Of a stretch of DNA of 64,000 nt, positions 48,250-58,008 are shown piece after piece. Source of the DNA: a bacterium (GTDB taxonomy: Archaea > Thermoplasmatota > E2 > JACPAO01 > JAHFTW01). A program made the translations under genes and the position numbers. Below the pieces are notes generated by a model, which searched no databases, was not told where the DNA came from, and saw only the letters and a list, made by a program, of their open reading frames with translations. The DNA lies in contig JAZJZE010000009.1 in the NCBI GenBank assembly GCA_040390065.1, positions 442,930 to 506,929 on the forward strand, read 5' to 3'. How positions within the stretch are numbered: the stretch's first letter is position 1; every line of letters starts with the position of its first letter.

Positions 48250-48735
48250 ATGCGAACCCGACTGCTGACCCAACTCGTTGAAGCGCCGAACCTCGACTAC
48301 GTGGAGAACTTCCAGGTCCTCTCCGCCCTGAACCTCGAGATCCGCCGCCATGGGCCTAGCGCCGAACGCATGCTTCGCAAGGCCATGCTCGAAATGGGCG
48401 TCGGCAACTACGCCGCCTGCCTGTCCGCAGCGCTCGACGCGCAAGCCATGGACCCGGCCAGCCCCGAGACGCACTACCAGGTCGGCCTGGCGAACTTCCT
48501 CATCGCACTCGCGCGCTCCGGCGCCGTCCCCGGCGGACCCGGCATGGGCCATCCAGCGGACGATGAGCCAGCGTCGCGCTTGCTGGCCAAGTCCATCGAA
48601 GCCTTCCGCGAGGCCGTGCGCGTCAACCCCGGCGACGACGAGACGGCCCAAGACGTGGCCATCCTGCAGCAGTTGCAGGTCGATTGCGACACGGAATCCA
48701 AGCTTCTCACAGCGCTGCGCCGCAGCCTGAAGTAA
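48250..48735 (+). CDS. TPR-repeat protein
   Basis: GNYAAC...AQAMDPASPETHYQVG and AFREAVRVNPGD TPR-like motifs. Confidence 0.7.
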   Translation: MRTRLLTQLVEAPNLDYVENFQVLSALNLEIRRHGPSAERMLRKAMLEMGVGNYAACLSAALDAQAMDPASPETHYQVGLANFLIALARSGAVPGGPGMGHPADDEPASRLLAKSIEAFREAVRVNPGDDETAQDVAILQQLQVDCDTESKLLTALRRSLK

Positions 48736-48763
48736 GACCCGGACGCGCAGGGCCCTTCGAAAT

Positions 48764-49035
48764 CTCGGACAAGGCGTTCCCACGGTCTTGAGCGGCTTGC
48801 CTTTGTCCGAGGCAACGGCGGCCTCGGAGAACCGGAACCAACCGGAGAACGGGAAACGCGTTCCGATTCTCTCCAATTGGTTCCTGTTGGCCCAGGTTGC
48901 CCGCACTCGGCCACGCGGCCACCTCCCGCCGATTGCCGCCGTCGGAGGTTGACGTGGCCGGTCGCTGCTTGGCCTTGGTCGACGAATGCCCCATGGGCTT
49001 GGCTTGACGGGCTTCTGGCGCCGCGCGAGGCATTC
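48764..49035. other. Intergenic array of four long imperfect hairpins (candidate structured RNA)
   Basis: Inverted repeats at 48764-48811, 48834-48884, 48908-48960, 48984-49035. Confidence 0.55.
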
Positions 49036-49046
49036 CAAATGCTGCG

Positions 49047-50852
49047 TTATGGCGGGGTCACGTACACCCAGTCTTGCCGTGCGTACATGGCGATGCCCGT
49101 GCCGCTCGTGTCGTCCTGGTAGGCCAAGTGGGCAAGGCCGGTCTGGTCGACCCAAGCCCCGATGAGGTCGCCGGCAAAGCGCGCCGCCGGGTCGTCGCCG
49201 TTCTGTTCACAGAACAGACCCGTACAGATATTGCCGGTGTGAACCAAGGGGACGACCGTGTCGTCGATCCACGTCGGCGCAGGCCCGTCGGCGAGCTCTG
49301 CGTGCACCACGTGCAGCGACCAGTCGCCCATGTTGGCGGTCGCGGGAGTGCCAGGCGTGTCACTGCCGTAGTAGACGATGGCGACGTACCGGCCGACACC
49401 CGGAGACCCCGGATAGGCCGTGTCGCCCTCGGTGTGGCTGCCGGCCAGGTCCTCTGGTCCATAGCCGATGTAGGAGTGCGTGATGCTGGCGACCGTCGTC
49501 GGCAGTGCGATGGGGAACTGTTGCCACGTCGCCCCCTCGTCGAAGCTGCGAGCCGCGACGAGCATGCCGGAACCGTCGGCCAAGACCGGGTTCCCTGTCG
49601 TCCACATGCGGCCCTTGTAGATGGAGACCCAGGGGAGGGCCAGCGAGTTCGGCACGCCGATCGGCGTCGGCTCGATGTCGGCAAAGCACGGGTCGACGCG
49701 CAGGAGCGATAGGCCGTAGCCGATCTGCCAGACCTTGTTGTTCACGTCGTCGTAGACGAGGTTGCCGTGCTGGGTGACGGTCTGCGAGGTGGCGCAGTTG
49801 AGGTAGGTGGCGCTGCCGTCGGTCGTCTTCGTCCACTGCGGGTCGGTGAGGCCCTCGCCGCTTTGCACGAAACCCGTGAGGCTGTCCTTGCCGACGATCC
49901 ACATGCGGTCGGTGACGCCGGCCACGGCGTTGTTGTTGCAGGTCCACGTCCACGTGGCTGCGCCGTCTTTGAGGTCGTTGGAGGTGCAGCCGATGGTGGC
50001 GTCGGGGTAGCCCCAGTAGCGGCTGTACCAGACGGAGTTGTCCGGGGCGATGGAGACGGAATCGTCGCTGCCGGATGTGGGCAGGGCGGTCGGCATCTGC
50101 GGGGAGACGTCCTCCCACGTGGCGCCGCCGTCGACGCTCCGGTAGAGAAGCGAGGTGGGTGCGTAGTAGATGATGCCGTTCTTGTCGACGGCGACGTGCG
50201 GCTCGTACCCGCCGGCGGAGACGGGGACCGGTGCACGCCATTGGCGTTCCCAGTGGCCCGGGGGCGGTGCTGGCGGGGTCGGCGGCCACGGGGGCGGTTG
50301 GGCGCCGCTTGCCTCGGGATTCGTGCGCTGCGGGTTGGAGCCGCCGTTCGAGCCCGAGCCGCCGCCCTGGCCGCCCGGCGGCTGCGTGGAATTCGTGGAA
50401 CCCGACGGTGGCGTCTTGACGTCACGAGGCAATGGCTCGAGCAGGAACGTCTCCGTCGCGTTCTCGTCCGTCTGGATCTCATGCGTCTGCGAGATGTAGC
50501 CGGGCGCGCTGGCCGTGATGTTGCCGCGCACCGGAGGCATCATGCGCTCGACAGCACCGTTGAAGGGCGCGACCTTGACGATGTCGGCGGCGCCAAACTG
50601 GTAGCGGCATGTCGCGCCCGCGAGGCCGACGTCCCCGGTCGTGGACTCGATGCGGCAGGTGACGAGGATCCCCGGCTCGATCGCGGTGCCCGTCGTTGTC
50701 GTCGAGGAGGCGGCGACGTGCGTGGACGTCGGCAACGAGTCGCGGTGGCCGCCCCAGGTGGCTAGCGCGGACGCTCCGCCCATGAAGAGAAGGAGCAAAC
50801 AGGCTACGACTAGCCACCGCCGGCGCACAAGACGGACCCAGTGCGGCCTCAT
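49047..50852 (-). CDS. Membrane-anchored BNR/Asp-box beta-propeller protein with carboxypeptidase-regulatory-like domain
   Basis: N-terminal TM; ITASAPGY motif; Gly/Pro linker; SVDGGATW, TTDGSATY, SFDEGATW. Confidence 0.75.
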   Translation of the reverse strand: MRPHWVRLVRRRWLVVACLLLLFMGGASALATWGGHRDSLPTSTHVAASSTTTTGTAIEPGILVTCRIESTTGDVGLAGATCRYQFGAADIVKVAPFNGAVERMMPPVRGNITASAPGYISQTHEIQTDENATETFLLEPLPRDVKTPPSGSTNSTQPPGGQGGGSGSNGGSNPQRTNPEASGAQPPPWPPTPPAPPPGHWERQWRAPVPVSAGGYEPHVAVDKNGIIYYAPTSLLYRSVDGGATWEDVSPQMPTALPTSGSDDSVSIAPDNSVWYSRYWGYPDATIGCTSNDLKDGAATWTWTCNNNAVAGVTDRMWIVGKDSLTGFVQSGEGLTDPQWTKTTDGSATYLNCATSQTVTQHGNLVYDDVNNKVWQIGYGLSLLRVDPCFADIEPTPIGVPNSLALPWVSIYKGRMWTTGNPVLADGSGMLVAARSFDEGATWQQFPIALPTTVASITHSYIGYGPEDLAGSHTEGDTAYPGSPGVGRYVAIVYYGSDTPGTPATANMGDWSLHVVHAELADGPAPTWIDDTVVPLVHTGNICTGLFCEQNGDDPAARFAGDLIGAWVDQTGLAHLAYQDDTSGTGIAMYARQDWVYVTPP

Positions 50853-50925
50853 ATGAAGATTCCGGCCTTTCCACTCCAGGCGAAGGCGGGGTTGGGGCGC
50901 GGGAGTGGGCCGGGGGGAGCCATCG

Positions 50926-51324
50926 CTATTGGGCGGGCGGCTCGTCCTCGCCCAGCTTCTTGCCGACCGTCTTCTCGACGCGACCGACCTGGACCTTCAC
51001 CCAGTCGTCGACGTTCTCGATGAGGTGCTCCCACGACTTCGGGCTCTTGGTCTTGATGAAGTCCGCCGTCGCCGCCGCCTCGTCCTTGTAGCGCGCCTTC
51101 AGGACCTTGTACTGCCGGAATGCACCCCGCATCTGGCCCTGGACCGCCTGCTCGATCTCATGCAGGTAGTCCTCGGCGTCCTTGCGGATGCGCGGCTCGC
51201 GCGGCCCCGGGTACACGATGAGGACTTCCTCGCCGGCATACTCCGAAAGACCGGAGACCTGCCCGTTTGGGCTGACCTTCTTCGTGCCGAGGATCTTGCC
51301 CTCACTGCCGATGTCGATCTTCAT
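50926..51324 (-). CDS. Hypothetical protein (possible AbrB/DUF2080-like N-terminus + helical C-terminus)
   Basis: KKVSPNGQVSGLSEYAGEEVLIV; strong codon bias; TATAAA about 40 nt upstream. Confidence 0.65.
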   Translation of the reverse strand: MKIDIGSEGKILGTKKVSPNGQVSGLSEYAGEEVLIVYPGPREPRIRKDAEDYLHEIEQAVQGQMRGAFRQYKVLKARYKDEAAATADFIKTKSPKSWEHLIENVDDWVKVQVGRVEKTVGKKLGEDEPPAQ

Positions 51325-51362
51325 GTGGGCACCTGTGGATGGCTGTGCGATGGGCTGGCCTG

Positions 51363-51370
51363 ATTTATAG
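51363..51370. promoter_or_regulatory. Putative bidirectional TATA element
   Basis: ATTTATAG between divergent starts at 51324 (-) and 51393 (+). Confidence 0.5.
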
Positions 51371-51392
51371 GACATGGGGAGGTGGCCGCTTC

Positions 51393-51863
51393 GTGGACTC
51401 TCCGCGACGCCTGCCGCGAGCCGCACTCGCAGCACCCGTCCTGGCATTGCTTCTGGACTGCGTGTTCCCCATCGGCGTGCCACATTTTCTCGACCCGCCG
51501 GGCACGTACATCGTCTGGGGCGCGCTTGCCGGTTCGCTTGCCATCGAGGCGGCCTTTGCGGGCGAAATCGCCGACCGCGTCCTTGCCGCCGAGCCCTGGG
51601 CGACCGAGCCACGTCGCCTCGTCTACTGCCTGGTCGTCGCCGCCGCGGCCACCGCCCTCAGCGCCGTCACGTGGCCGACCGTCATCCGGCTCTGGTTGAG
51701 CGGCGCAGACGCAGACGTGCCGCGGCCGTCGATCGGCGGGCCTGCGAGCCAGTTCGCCGTGGGCATCCATCTCGTCGGACTCGCCGGGTCGGCCGGCATC
51801 ATGTTCATGACCTCCCAGATCGCCGCACGGCGCCGCAAGCGCGAAGCCGCGCCGCAAACCTGA
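51393..51863 (+). CDS. Hypothetical membrane protein (4 TM)
   Basis: Hydrophobic helices; TGATG overlap with the next gene. Confidence 0.6.
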   Translation: MDSPRRLPRAALAAPVLALLLDCVFPIGVPHFLDPPGTYIVWGALAGSLAIEAAFAGEIADRVLAAEPWATEPRRLVYCLVVAAAATALSAVTWPTVIRLWLSGADADVPRPSIGGPASQFAVGIHLVGLAGSAGIMFMTSQIAARRRKREAAPQT

Positions 51864-52675
51864 TGGACGCACAACCCCTCGAACCGGTCGTGCCCCCGCC
51901 TGAAGCCCGCCTGCGCCTTGGGCAATGCGACGTCCTCGTCGTCGGCACCATCGCGGGCTTCGTCCCCGATGCGGCCCGCATCGACGCGGCCTTCGCCGCG
52001 CACCGACCCGACCGCGTGGCCCTCGGCATCCCGCCAGAGGACCTGGCGACCCTGGGGACGCTTGCGTCGGCCCCGCAGCCCGAAGCCCTGATCGGCGCCC
52101 ACCAAGCGCCGCCCTCCGCGGGGCGCCGGCGCATGAGCGATCCGGGGGCCGGCGCGGCCGGCATCGAAGCCCTGTCCGACCCCCGCCCGCGCACCATGCC
52201 GCGCCTGGACGCAGGCGACGACCGTCCAATCGCCGGCCTCGATGCCGCCTCGGTCCGGCTGCTCGAGCTGCTCGGTCGTTTCGGCCCCACGCGCATCCCC
52301 AGCCCAGACCTCGAGTCGGCCCATCGCCTCGCCGCTGCGGCGGCGGTGCCGCTGGTCGCAATCGACCTGGACGACGCCGCGCACGCGGAAGCCTTCACGC
52401 GGCTCGTCAAGGTGCGCCACCTCATCCGTTCCAACAGCCGCGAGAAGAAACTGCTCGCCGAGGAGTTCGCCGCGGCGCCGGACGCGTATGCGCTTGCCGC
52501 CGCATGGGACGCGCAACAGACGCGCGTCAAGCCCCTTGCAGCCATCGAGCGGCTGCGCGAACAGCACATGGCCGTCCGCCTGCGCGAACTTGCGGGCCGC
52601 TCGGCGCGGCTCTTGGCCATCCTTCCCGCCACGCGCATGGCCGGCGTCGCGCGCGACATTGGCGAAGGGATTTGA
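51863..52675 (+). CDS. Conserved hypothetical protein (TraB-like fold possible)
   Basis: VLVVGTIAG...RPDRVALGIPPEDL...VPLVAIDL...REQHMAVRL...LLAIL pattern. Confidence 0.65.
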   Translation: MDAQPLEPVVPPPEARLRLGQCDVLVVGTIAGFVPDAARIDAAFAAHRPDRVALGIPPEDLATLGTLASAPQPEALIGAHQAPPSAGRRRMSDPGAGAAGIEALSDPRPRTMPRLDAGDDRPIAGLDAASVRLLELLGRFGPTRIPSPDLESAHRLAAAAAVPLVAIDLDDAAHAEAFTRLVKVRHLIRSNSREKKLLAEEFAAAPDAYALAAAWDAQQTRVKPLAAIERLREQHMAVRLRELAGRSARLLAILPATRMAGVARDIGEGI

Positions 52676-52697
52676 CCAGGCATCGGCTTGTTGCTTC

Positions 52698-54086
52698 GTG
52701 CGCGCGGCGGCGGTCGTCCTGGGCATCGTCCTTGCGGCCGCGTCGGCCAGCGGGGCAGCCACGAAACCCGTGGACCTCCATATCCCCGTCGACTTCTCGG
52801 TGTCTGGCGGCGTCATGCTGGCCGGGCACCTCGACCTGCCGGGCGGCGCCGTCACCAACGCGACGTTCGTGGGGGCACGCGAGGTCCGCTTCGAGCCCGG
52901 CACGCTCACCGTCTGCCCCGTGACGGCAGCTCAAGACGCCCTGCCTGCCACGATTGCAACGATCCTGGGCGGACTCAACGCCACGTGCCCGCAAGGCGAG
53001 CACTTCCCGGACGGCCAACTGGCGTTGAGCCCGGGCACGATGCTCGCCAGCGTCGGCACCGCCCCCGTGGCGGCGACGTCGCGCGCGAGCCTGGCCTCGT
53101 TCGCCCAACGCGGCGGCGGACTCGTCTTGTCCGATGACGGCATCCTGCTCACCCGGCCCGGCGCGCTCTTTGGCATGGCACCCACGTCCCGCGCGGACCA
53201 GGTGTTCGTCACGACCGACAAGGGCACGCGGACGTACAACGGGACCGGCTACGCGTTCCTGCACGACGGCTCGGCGGCCCGCTTCCTCGCCGGGGGCGTG
53301 GCTGGCACTTGGGGCACGGTGCACGTCGTGGTGACACCGGCCGACCTGGATGCGCTCCGGCAGGCGTACCGGCCGTTCGACCTTCTCGCCCTCGAATCGG
53401 CGCTGCGTGGCCCCGAGGCGCGCGAACCGCAAGGCAATGTCAGCGGCCTGCTGTACGAGTATGGCCGCGTTCCCGCCTTCATCAACGGCGCCGCGTTGGG
53501 ACGGCTGCAAGGCACGGCAAACGGCGTGCCGCTCGACGGCACCGCCGTGGCGCTCGTGCGCAGCGACCACCTCGAACTGCAGGCCGATGGCGCGCATCTC
53601 GTCGGCACGGGCGAGCCGCGCCTCGTCATCGCAAGCCAGGGGATCGCCGTGGAGGGCGGCCCGCCGCTTGGGCCGCCGTGGTTCTTCGGCGCCTTGCTGT
53701 GGAGTGCCGCCATCCTCGTGCTCGCCGTGCGGCGTGAGACACCGGTCCGCCCCCGGCTTGACCGGCTTGTCTGGTGGGTCGCGACCGGACTTGCCTTCCT
53801 CGCCGTGGACCGCCTGGTGATGGCAGCGCCCCTTGGCACGAGCGCCCTCTCGGCCCTGACGGATGGCTCCACGGCCGGGACCGTGTTCTCGCTGGCGCTC
53901 TTCGAGTCCATCGCGGTCGCCCTATCGTGGCTCGTCCTGGCCCTTCCCGTCCGGCTCATGACGAGCCGCACCGTCCGCAAGCACGCCCTCGTGTGGCAGG
54001 GCGCCGTGGGATTTGCGTGGCTGGTCGTCATCGCCCTCCTGCCGGGAGCCATCTTCGCGTTGGCCCACTCGGTGGCGCGGTTGTAG
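52698..54086 (+). CDS. Exported protein with C-terminal multi-TM domain
   Basis: Signal peptide, beta-rich extracellular part, about 4 C-terminal TMs. Confidence 0.65.
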   Translation: MRAAAVVLGIVLAAASASGAATKPVDLHIPVDFSVSGGVMLAGHLDLPGGAVTNATFVGAREVRFEPGTLTVCPVTAAQDALPATIATILGGLNATCPQGEHFPDGQLALSPGTMLASVGTAPVAATSRASLASFAQRGGGLVLSDDGILLTRPGALFGMAPTSRADQVFVTTDKGTRTYNGTGYAFLHDGSAARFLAGGVAGTWGTVHVVVTPADLDALRQAYRPFDLLALESALRGPEAREPQGNVSGLLYEYGRVPAFINGAALGRLQGTANGVPLDGTAVALVRSDHLELQADGAHLVGTGEPRLVIASQGIAVEGGPPLGPPWFFGALLWSAAILVLAVRRETPVRPRLDRLVWWVATGLAFLAVDRLVMAAPLGTSALSALTDGSTAGTVFSLALFESIAVALSWLVLALPVRLMTSRTVRKHALVWQGAVGFAWLVVIALLPGAIFALAHSVARL

Positions 54087-54089
54087 CCG

Positions 54090-55283
54090 TCAGGGGCGAG
54101 GCCGGATGGCGGTGAAGGGCAGGCGGCGGCGCAAGCGCTCCGCGGCGGACGGGCCGCGCACGACGGTCCCCCGCTGCAACGCGTAGGCAATGCGCAATCC
54201 GGCCATCTCGATGGGAAGTCGCAGGACGTAGCCGGCCAAGAGCGCCACGGCCAAGACGGTGATGGTGACGATGTAGCGGTTGGAGACCGTGACGACCGCG
54301 GCCTGCGACACCGCCGTCGTGCGGCCGTCGCCACTGGCATGGTAGGTGGCACTCCGGTGGTCGGAAGAGACGATGATCTCGTCCGTCGCGCCCTCGATCG
54401 TGAAGCCCTGCGGCACGGTCATGGTGACCGCCAGGCGCCAGCCAGGCGGCACCTGGACGTCGAGCAGTTGCTTGAGGCCCAGCAGGCGGAAGGCCGACCG
54501 GTCGGTGACAGCGTCGCTCTGCGCATGCTCGATGCGGGCTTGCAGCCGGTCGCGCTCCGTGTCTGGCCGGTCCGGGCGTTGCAGGATGCCGACCAGGCTG
54601 AAGCGGTCGAGGTACTGCAGGCGGGCGCGAGCATCGAGGACCAGCGGCGGCTCGCGCAGCGGCGGGATGGGTGGTTGGCCGACCGTGGCGTACGGGTTGT
54701 TTGGGTCGGGCACGCCGGGCAGGTGGCCGGAGCGCAGGCCGCTTGCCGGCAACGTGTTGCTCCAGGCGCCCGACAAGTCGAGGACGGTGAGCCCGGGCAG
54801 TGAGGCTTCGAGGTAGCGCTTTGCCGCGCCGAGTTCGTAGGCCTGGAAGAGGGCCAGGAGTTCGCCCGCGCCGACGAGACGCACTTCCTCCGCGGTGAGG
54901 GCCGTTCGGTTCGCGGGCACGCCGAAGGAGTTGCGCAGGCTGGCGTTGGCGTCGCCGGTGCCCGAGCGGATGGCCTCGTCGAGGCGGTCTGCGCCGACGG
55001 CGCGGAAGTCGAGGTGGAATGTGGCAACGGCGTCGGCCCCGACCTTGCCTCCGCCGAAGACGATGCCGACGACGTCGTCGTCGACGTTGCGGATGTCGAG
55101 GTCGAGGACGGCCGCGATGTCTTCGCCGTGCAGGTCCTCGCCGCTGGCCACTTCCGCTGGAGGGAGGACTTGGGCGACGACGGGGTCGAGGATGGGATGC
55201 AATGTCTTGCCGACCGTGTCGGGCGAGGGGACTTGGCCCGTCGAGACCGGCAGGCAGCAGGCCAGCACGGCAAGGATCGCCAT
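54090..55283 (-). CDS. Exported protein with single C-terminal TM anchor
   Basis: Signal peptide MAILAVLACCLPVSTG; C-terminal TM followed by a basic tail. Confidence 0.65.
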   Translation of the reverse strand: MAILAVLACCLPVSTGQVPSPDTVGKTLHPILDPVVAQVLPPAEVASGEDLHGEDIAAVLDLDIRNVDDDVVGIVFGGGKVGADAVATFHLDFRAVGADRLDEAIRSGTGDANASLRNSFGVPANRTALTAEEVRLVGAGELLALFQAYELGAAKRYLEASLPGLTVLDLSGAWSNTLPASGLRSGHLPGVPDPNNPYATVGQPPIPPLREPPLVLDARARLQYLDRFSLVGILQRPDRPDTERDRLQARIEHAQSDAVTDRSAFRLLGLKQLLDVQVPPGWRLAVTMTVPQGFTIEGATDEIIVSSDHRSATYHASGDGRTTAVSQAAVVTVSNRYIVTITVLAVALLAGYVLRLPIEMAGLRIAYALQRGTVVRGPSAAERLRRRLPFTAIRPRP

Positions 55284-55633
55284 CAGGCGGCCCAAGGCGG
55301 CACCCCCGAGGTGAAGAAGACGAGCCATACCAGGAACAGCACGAAGGTGACCAGGGCGCCGAGGGCACCCAGCCGCCGCGCCTGGCCCGCACGGACCGTG
55401 AAGCGCGCATCGTCGTCGTCGCGATGCGCCAAGGCGAAGGAGCGGCCAGCAAGCAGCGGCCCGACGGCCAGGATCAAGATGGCGGCGACGGAGCCGACGA
55501 TGTAGCCGGGAAGGCGCAGGACGTGGACGTCGTCGGCGGAGAAGCCGACGGCGAAGGCGATGAGCGCGCCAGCCAGGCACGCCGAGCGGCGCGCCACGAC
55601 GGCGGCCTCGAAACGGTCCGGCCTGATGGACAC
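55283..55633 (-). CDS. Small membrane protein (3 TM)
   Basis: Hydrophobic helices; TGATG coupling to the downstream gene. Start uncertain. Confidence 0.55.
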   Translation of the reverse strand: MSIRPDRFEAAVVARRSACLAGALIAFAVGFSADDVHVLRLPGYIVGSVAAILILAVGPLLAGRSFALAHRDDDDARFTVRAGQARRLGALGALVTFVLFLVWLVFFTSGVPPWAA

Positions 55634-55821
55634 GCGTCTCGTCTGGGCGGCGCGCAGCCAGTGGCGCACCCGCCATTGCAGCGGGGGGCGGGAATGCCGT
55701 GGCCGTGATTGTCCGACCTTATGGACAACCATCAGGATTGCATGCCCGTCCCAGTAGAAAACTACGTGCGTTGCGTGGCCTCCGGGGAGCCTTGATAACG
55801 CTTCCAGGGGTGCCGGCGACG

Positions 55822-56784
55822 ATGAAGGACATCTGGGTCGAGAAGTACCGGCCGCGCACGTTGGCCGAGGTGGTCGGCCAGGATGACACCGTGGAACGCC
55901 TCAAGGCCTACGTCAAGACCGGCAGTGTCCCGCATCTGATGTTCGCCGGGCCGCCGGGCACGGGCAAGACTACGTGCGCCATCGCCATGGCCCGCGACCT
56001 GTTCGGTTCCGACTCCTGGGCCGGCCGGTTCCTCGAGTTGAACGCGTCCGACGAGCGCGGCATCGGCATCGTGCGCGGCAAGATCAAGGAGTTCGCCCGC
56101 GTCGGCACCGCAGACAACCAGGGATTCAAGATCGTCTTCCTGGACGAGGCGGACTCCCTGACGCACGAGGCGCAAGGGGCGTTGCGGCGCACGATGGAGA
56201 AGTACACGGCCACGACGCGCTTCGTGCTGAGTTGCAACTACTCGTCCAAGATCATGGACCCGATCCAGAGCCGCTGCGCCGTCTTCCGCTTCCGCCCGCT
56301 CACCGTCGACCAGGTGAAGAAGTTCATCCGGCGCATCGCCACGGAGGAGAAGCTGGACATCAGTCCAGACGGCGTCGACGCCCTTGTCTTCATCGCGAAA
56401 GGCGACCTGCGAAAGACCGTAAACACGCTGCAGGTTGCGGCGACCCTCGGGGGCAAGATCGACGCGGACGCCATCTACAAGACGACCTCGACGGCGCGGC
56501 CGGAGGACGTCAAGAAGCTCCTCGAAACGGCTCTCGACGGCGACTTCATGGCAGCCCGCAACAACCTGGATGACCTACTGATCGAGTACGGCCTCTCGGG
56601 CGAGGACGTCATCCGCCAAATCCACCGCAGCGTCTTCGACCTCACCGTCCCCGACGCCCTCAAGGTGGCCCTCGTGGACCGCGTCGGCGAAGCCGAGTTC
56701 CGCATGGTCGAAGGCGCCAACGAGCGCATCCAGATCGAGGCCCTCCTGGCGCATTTCGTCCTCGCGGGCTCCAAGAAGAAGTAG
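55822..56784 (+). CDS. rfcS: Replication factor C small subunit
   Basis: WVEKYRP, GPPGTGKT, ELNASDERG, LDEAD, IQSRC; no intein. Confidence 0.96.
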   Translation: MKDIWVEKYRPRTLAEVVGQDDTVERLKAYVKTGSVPHLMFAGPPGTGKTTCAIAMARDLFGSDSWAGRFLELNASDERGIGIVRGKIKEFARVGTADNQGFKIVFLDEADSLTHEAQGALRRTMEKYTATTRFVLSCNYSSKIMDPIQSRCAVFRFRPLTVDQVKKFIRRIATEEKLDISPDGVDALVFIAKGDLRKTVNTLQVAATLGGKIDADAIYKTTSTARPEDVKKLLETALDGDFMAARNNLDDLLIEYGLSGEDVIRQIHRSVFDLTVPDALKVALVDRVGEAEFRMVEGANERIQIEALLAHFVLAGSKKK

Positions 56785-56851
56785 GCGCCCCCGCATCCCC
56801 CGCTGCCGGGTCGGCCAGCCTTTATCCCCCGGCGCCGGTGCGTCAGCCAAC

Positions 56852-57943
56852 ATGGTCATGGACAAGCGGGACATGCACAGGCCAGCATCGGTGAGCGCAG
56901 GCGCGTTGATGGGAGGCGCCATGGCCTTCGCCGGCATCGGGCTTGCCCTCCTCATCATCAAGGGGCTGCAAACCATCTCGCAAATCGGACAGTTCTCGCA
57001 ATTCTTCGACACGGGGAAGTTCACCACTGTGCTCGTCCTCTTCCTCATCCTTGCCCTCGTCATCACGGCTGCCGGCGTCACCATCGGCATGAACGCCTTC
57101 ACGCTCTTGCGCGGGCGCCGCCCGAACCTGCGCCCATCCGTCCTGGCCTACAGCACGTACGTCGCCGCGACGGGCCTCATCGTCTTCATCGCCATCCTCG
57201 TCTTGGACGCCAGTTCATCGGCAGGCAACGCGCAGACGGCGTCCATCATCATGATGCTGGCCGGGGGCGCTGGCATCGCCGCGGGCGTCCTATGGGGACC
57301 GGATCCCCAGAAGCGCCTGGCCAGCGGCATCACGGGCGCCGTCGGAGCGTTCCTGTTCTTCATCGCCTCCATGATTGCCACATCCGGGTCGCGGTCGGTC
57401 GGCGCGGCGTCCTTTGCCGGTGCGAACCTCAGCAGCTCCAACACACCCGCAATCCTGACGAGCATGGCACTTCTTGCCGTCGGCGCAGCCGCCATCGTCG
57501 CGGCCATCGTGCGCGGCCCCGGACGCGTGAGCTACGTCTTCGTCCTCGCGGGCGCGGCCCTGCTGGGCGGCATCAGCCACCTTCTCACCGGCCTGGACTA
57601 CCTCAAGGCGCTCGACAACGGAACCTCATCGGACGGCCTGGTGTCGACTGGACTGATCCTCATCTACATCGCCGGCTGGATTTGCATCCTCGCCTTCGCA
57701 GCCTTCCTCACGGCAGCCATCCTCGCGGCCGTCGGCTTCGGCAGCCTCGCCACCCAACAGAGCCAAGCCAACCGCCCAGCAGGCTGGCAGATGCCCGGAC
57801 AGCCCGCGCCGCCGATGGCGTTCACGCCGGCGCCGGCAGCCCCCGCAGCCGGTCGCCGATTGCAGTGCCCGCAATGCAAGAACGTGGTCAACGTCATGCC
57901 GGGCCAGAAGCCCATCTGCGGCTACTGCGGGTTCGGGGCGTAG
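56852..57943 (+). CDS. Multi-pass membrane protein with C-terminal zinc ribbon
   Basis: About 8 TM helices; terminal CPQC...CGYCG. Confidence 0.75.
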   Translation: MVMDKRDMHRPASVSAGALMGGAMAFAGIGLALLIIKGLQTISQIGQFSQFFDTGKFTTVLVLFLILALVITAAGVTIGMNAFTLLRGRRPNLRPSVLAYSTYVAATGLIVFIAILVLDASSSAGNAQTASIIMMLAGGAGIAAGVLWGPDPQKRLASGITGAVGAFLFFIASMIATSGSRSVGAASFAGANLSSSNTPAILTSMALLAVGAAAIVAAIVRGPGRVSYVFVLAGAALLGGISHLLTGLDYLKALDNGTSSDGLVSTGLILIYIAGWICILAFAAFLTAAILAAVGFGSLATQQSQANRPAGWQMPGQPAPPMAFTPAPAAPAAGRRLQCPQCKNVVNVMPGQKPICGYCGFGA

Positions 57944-58008
57944 TGAGTTCCGGCGAACACCAACGAGTGTCCGACGGCGTTCAAGTAGGGCAGGCCTTAG
58001 CCTGAGGC

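Noticed and set aside
48740-49046. SRP (7S) RNA
   Set aside because: Size fits, but no helix-8 CAGG...GNRA...AGCA motif on either strand and no long terminal helix.
45901-56784. Inteins in LonB or RFC small subunit
   Set aside because: Both have normal length and uninterrupted Walker A regions.
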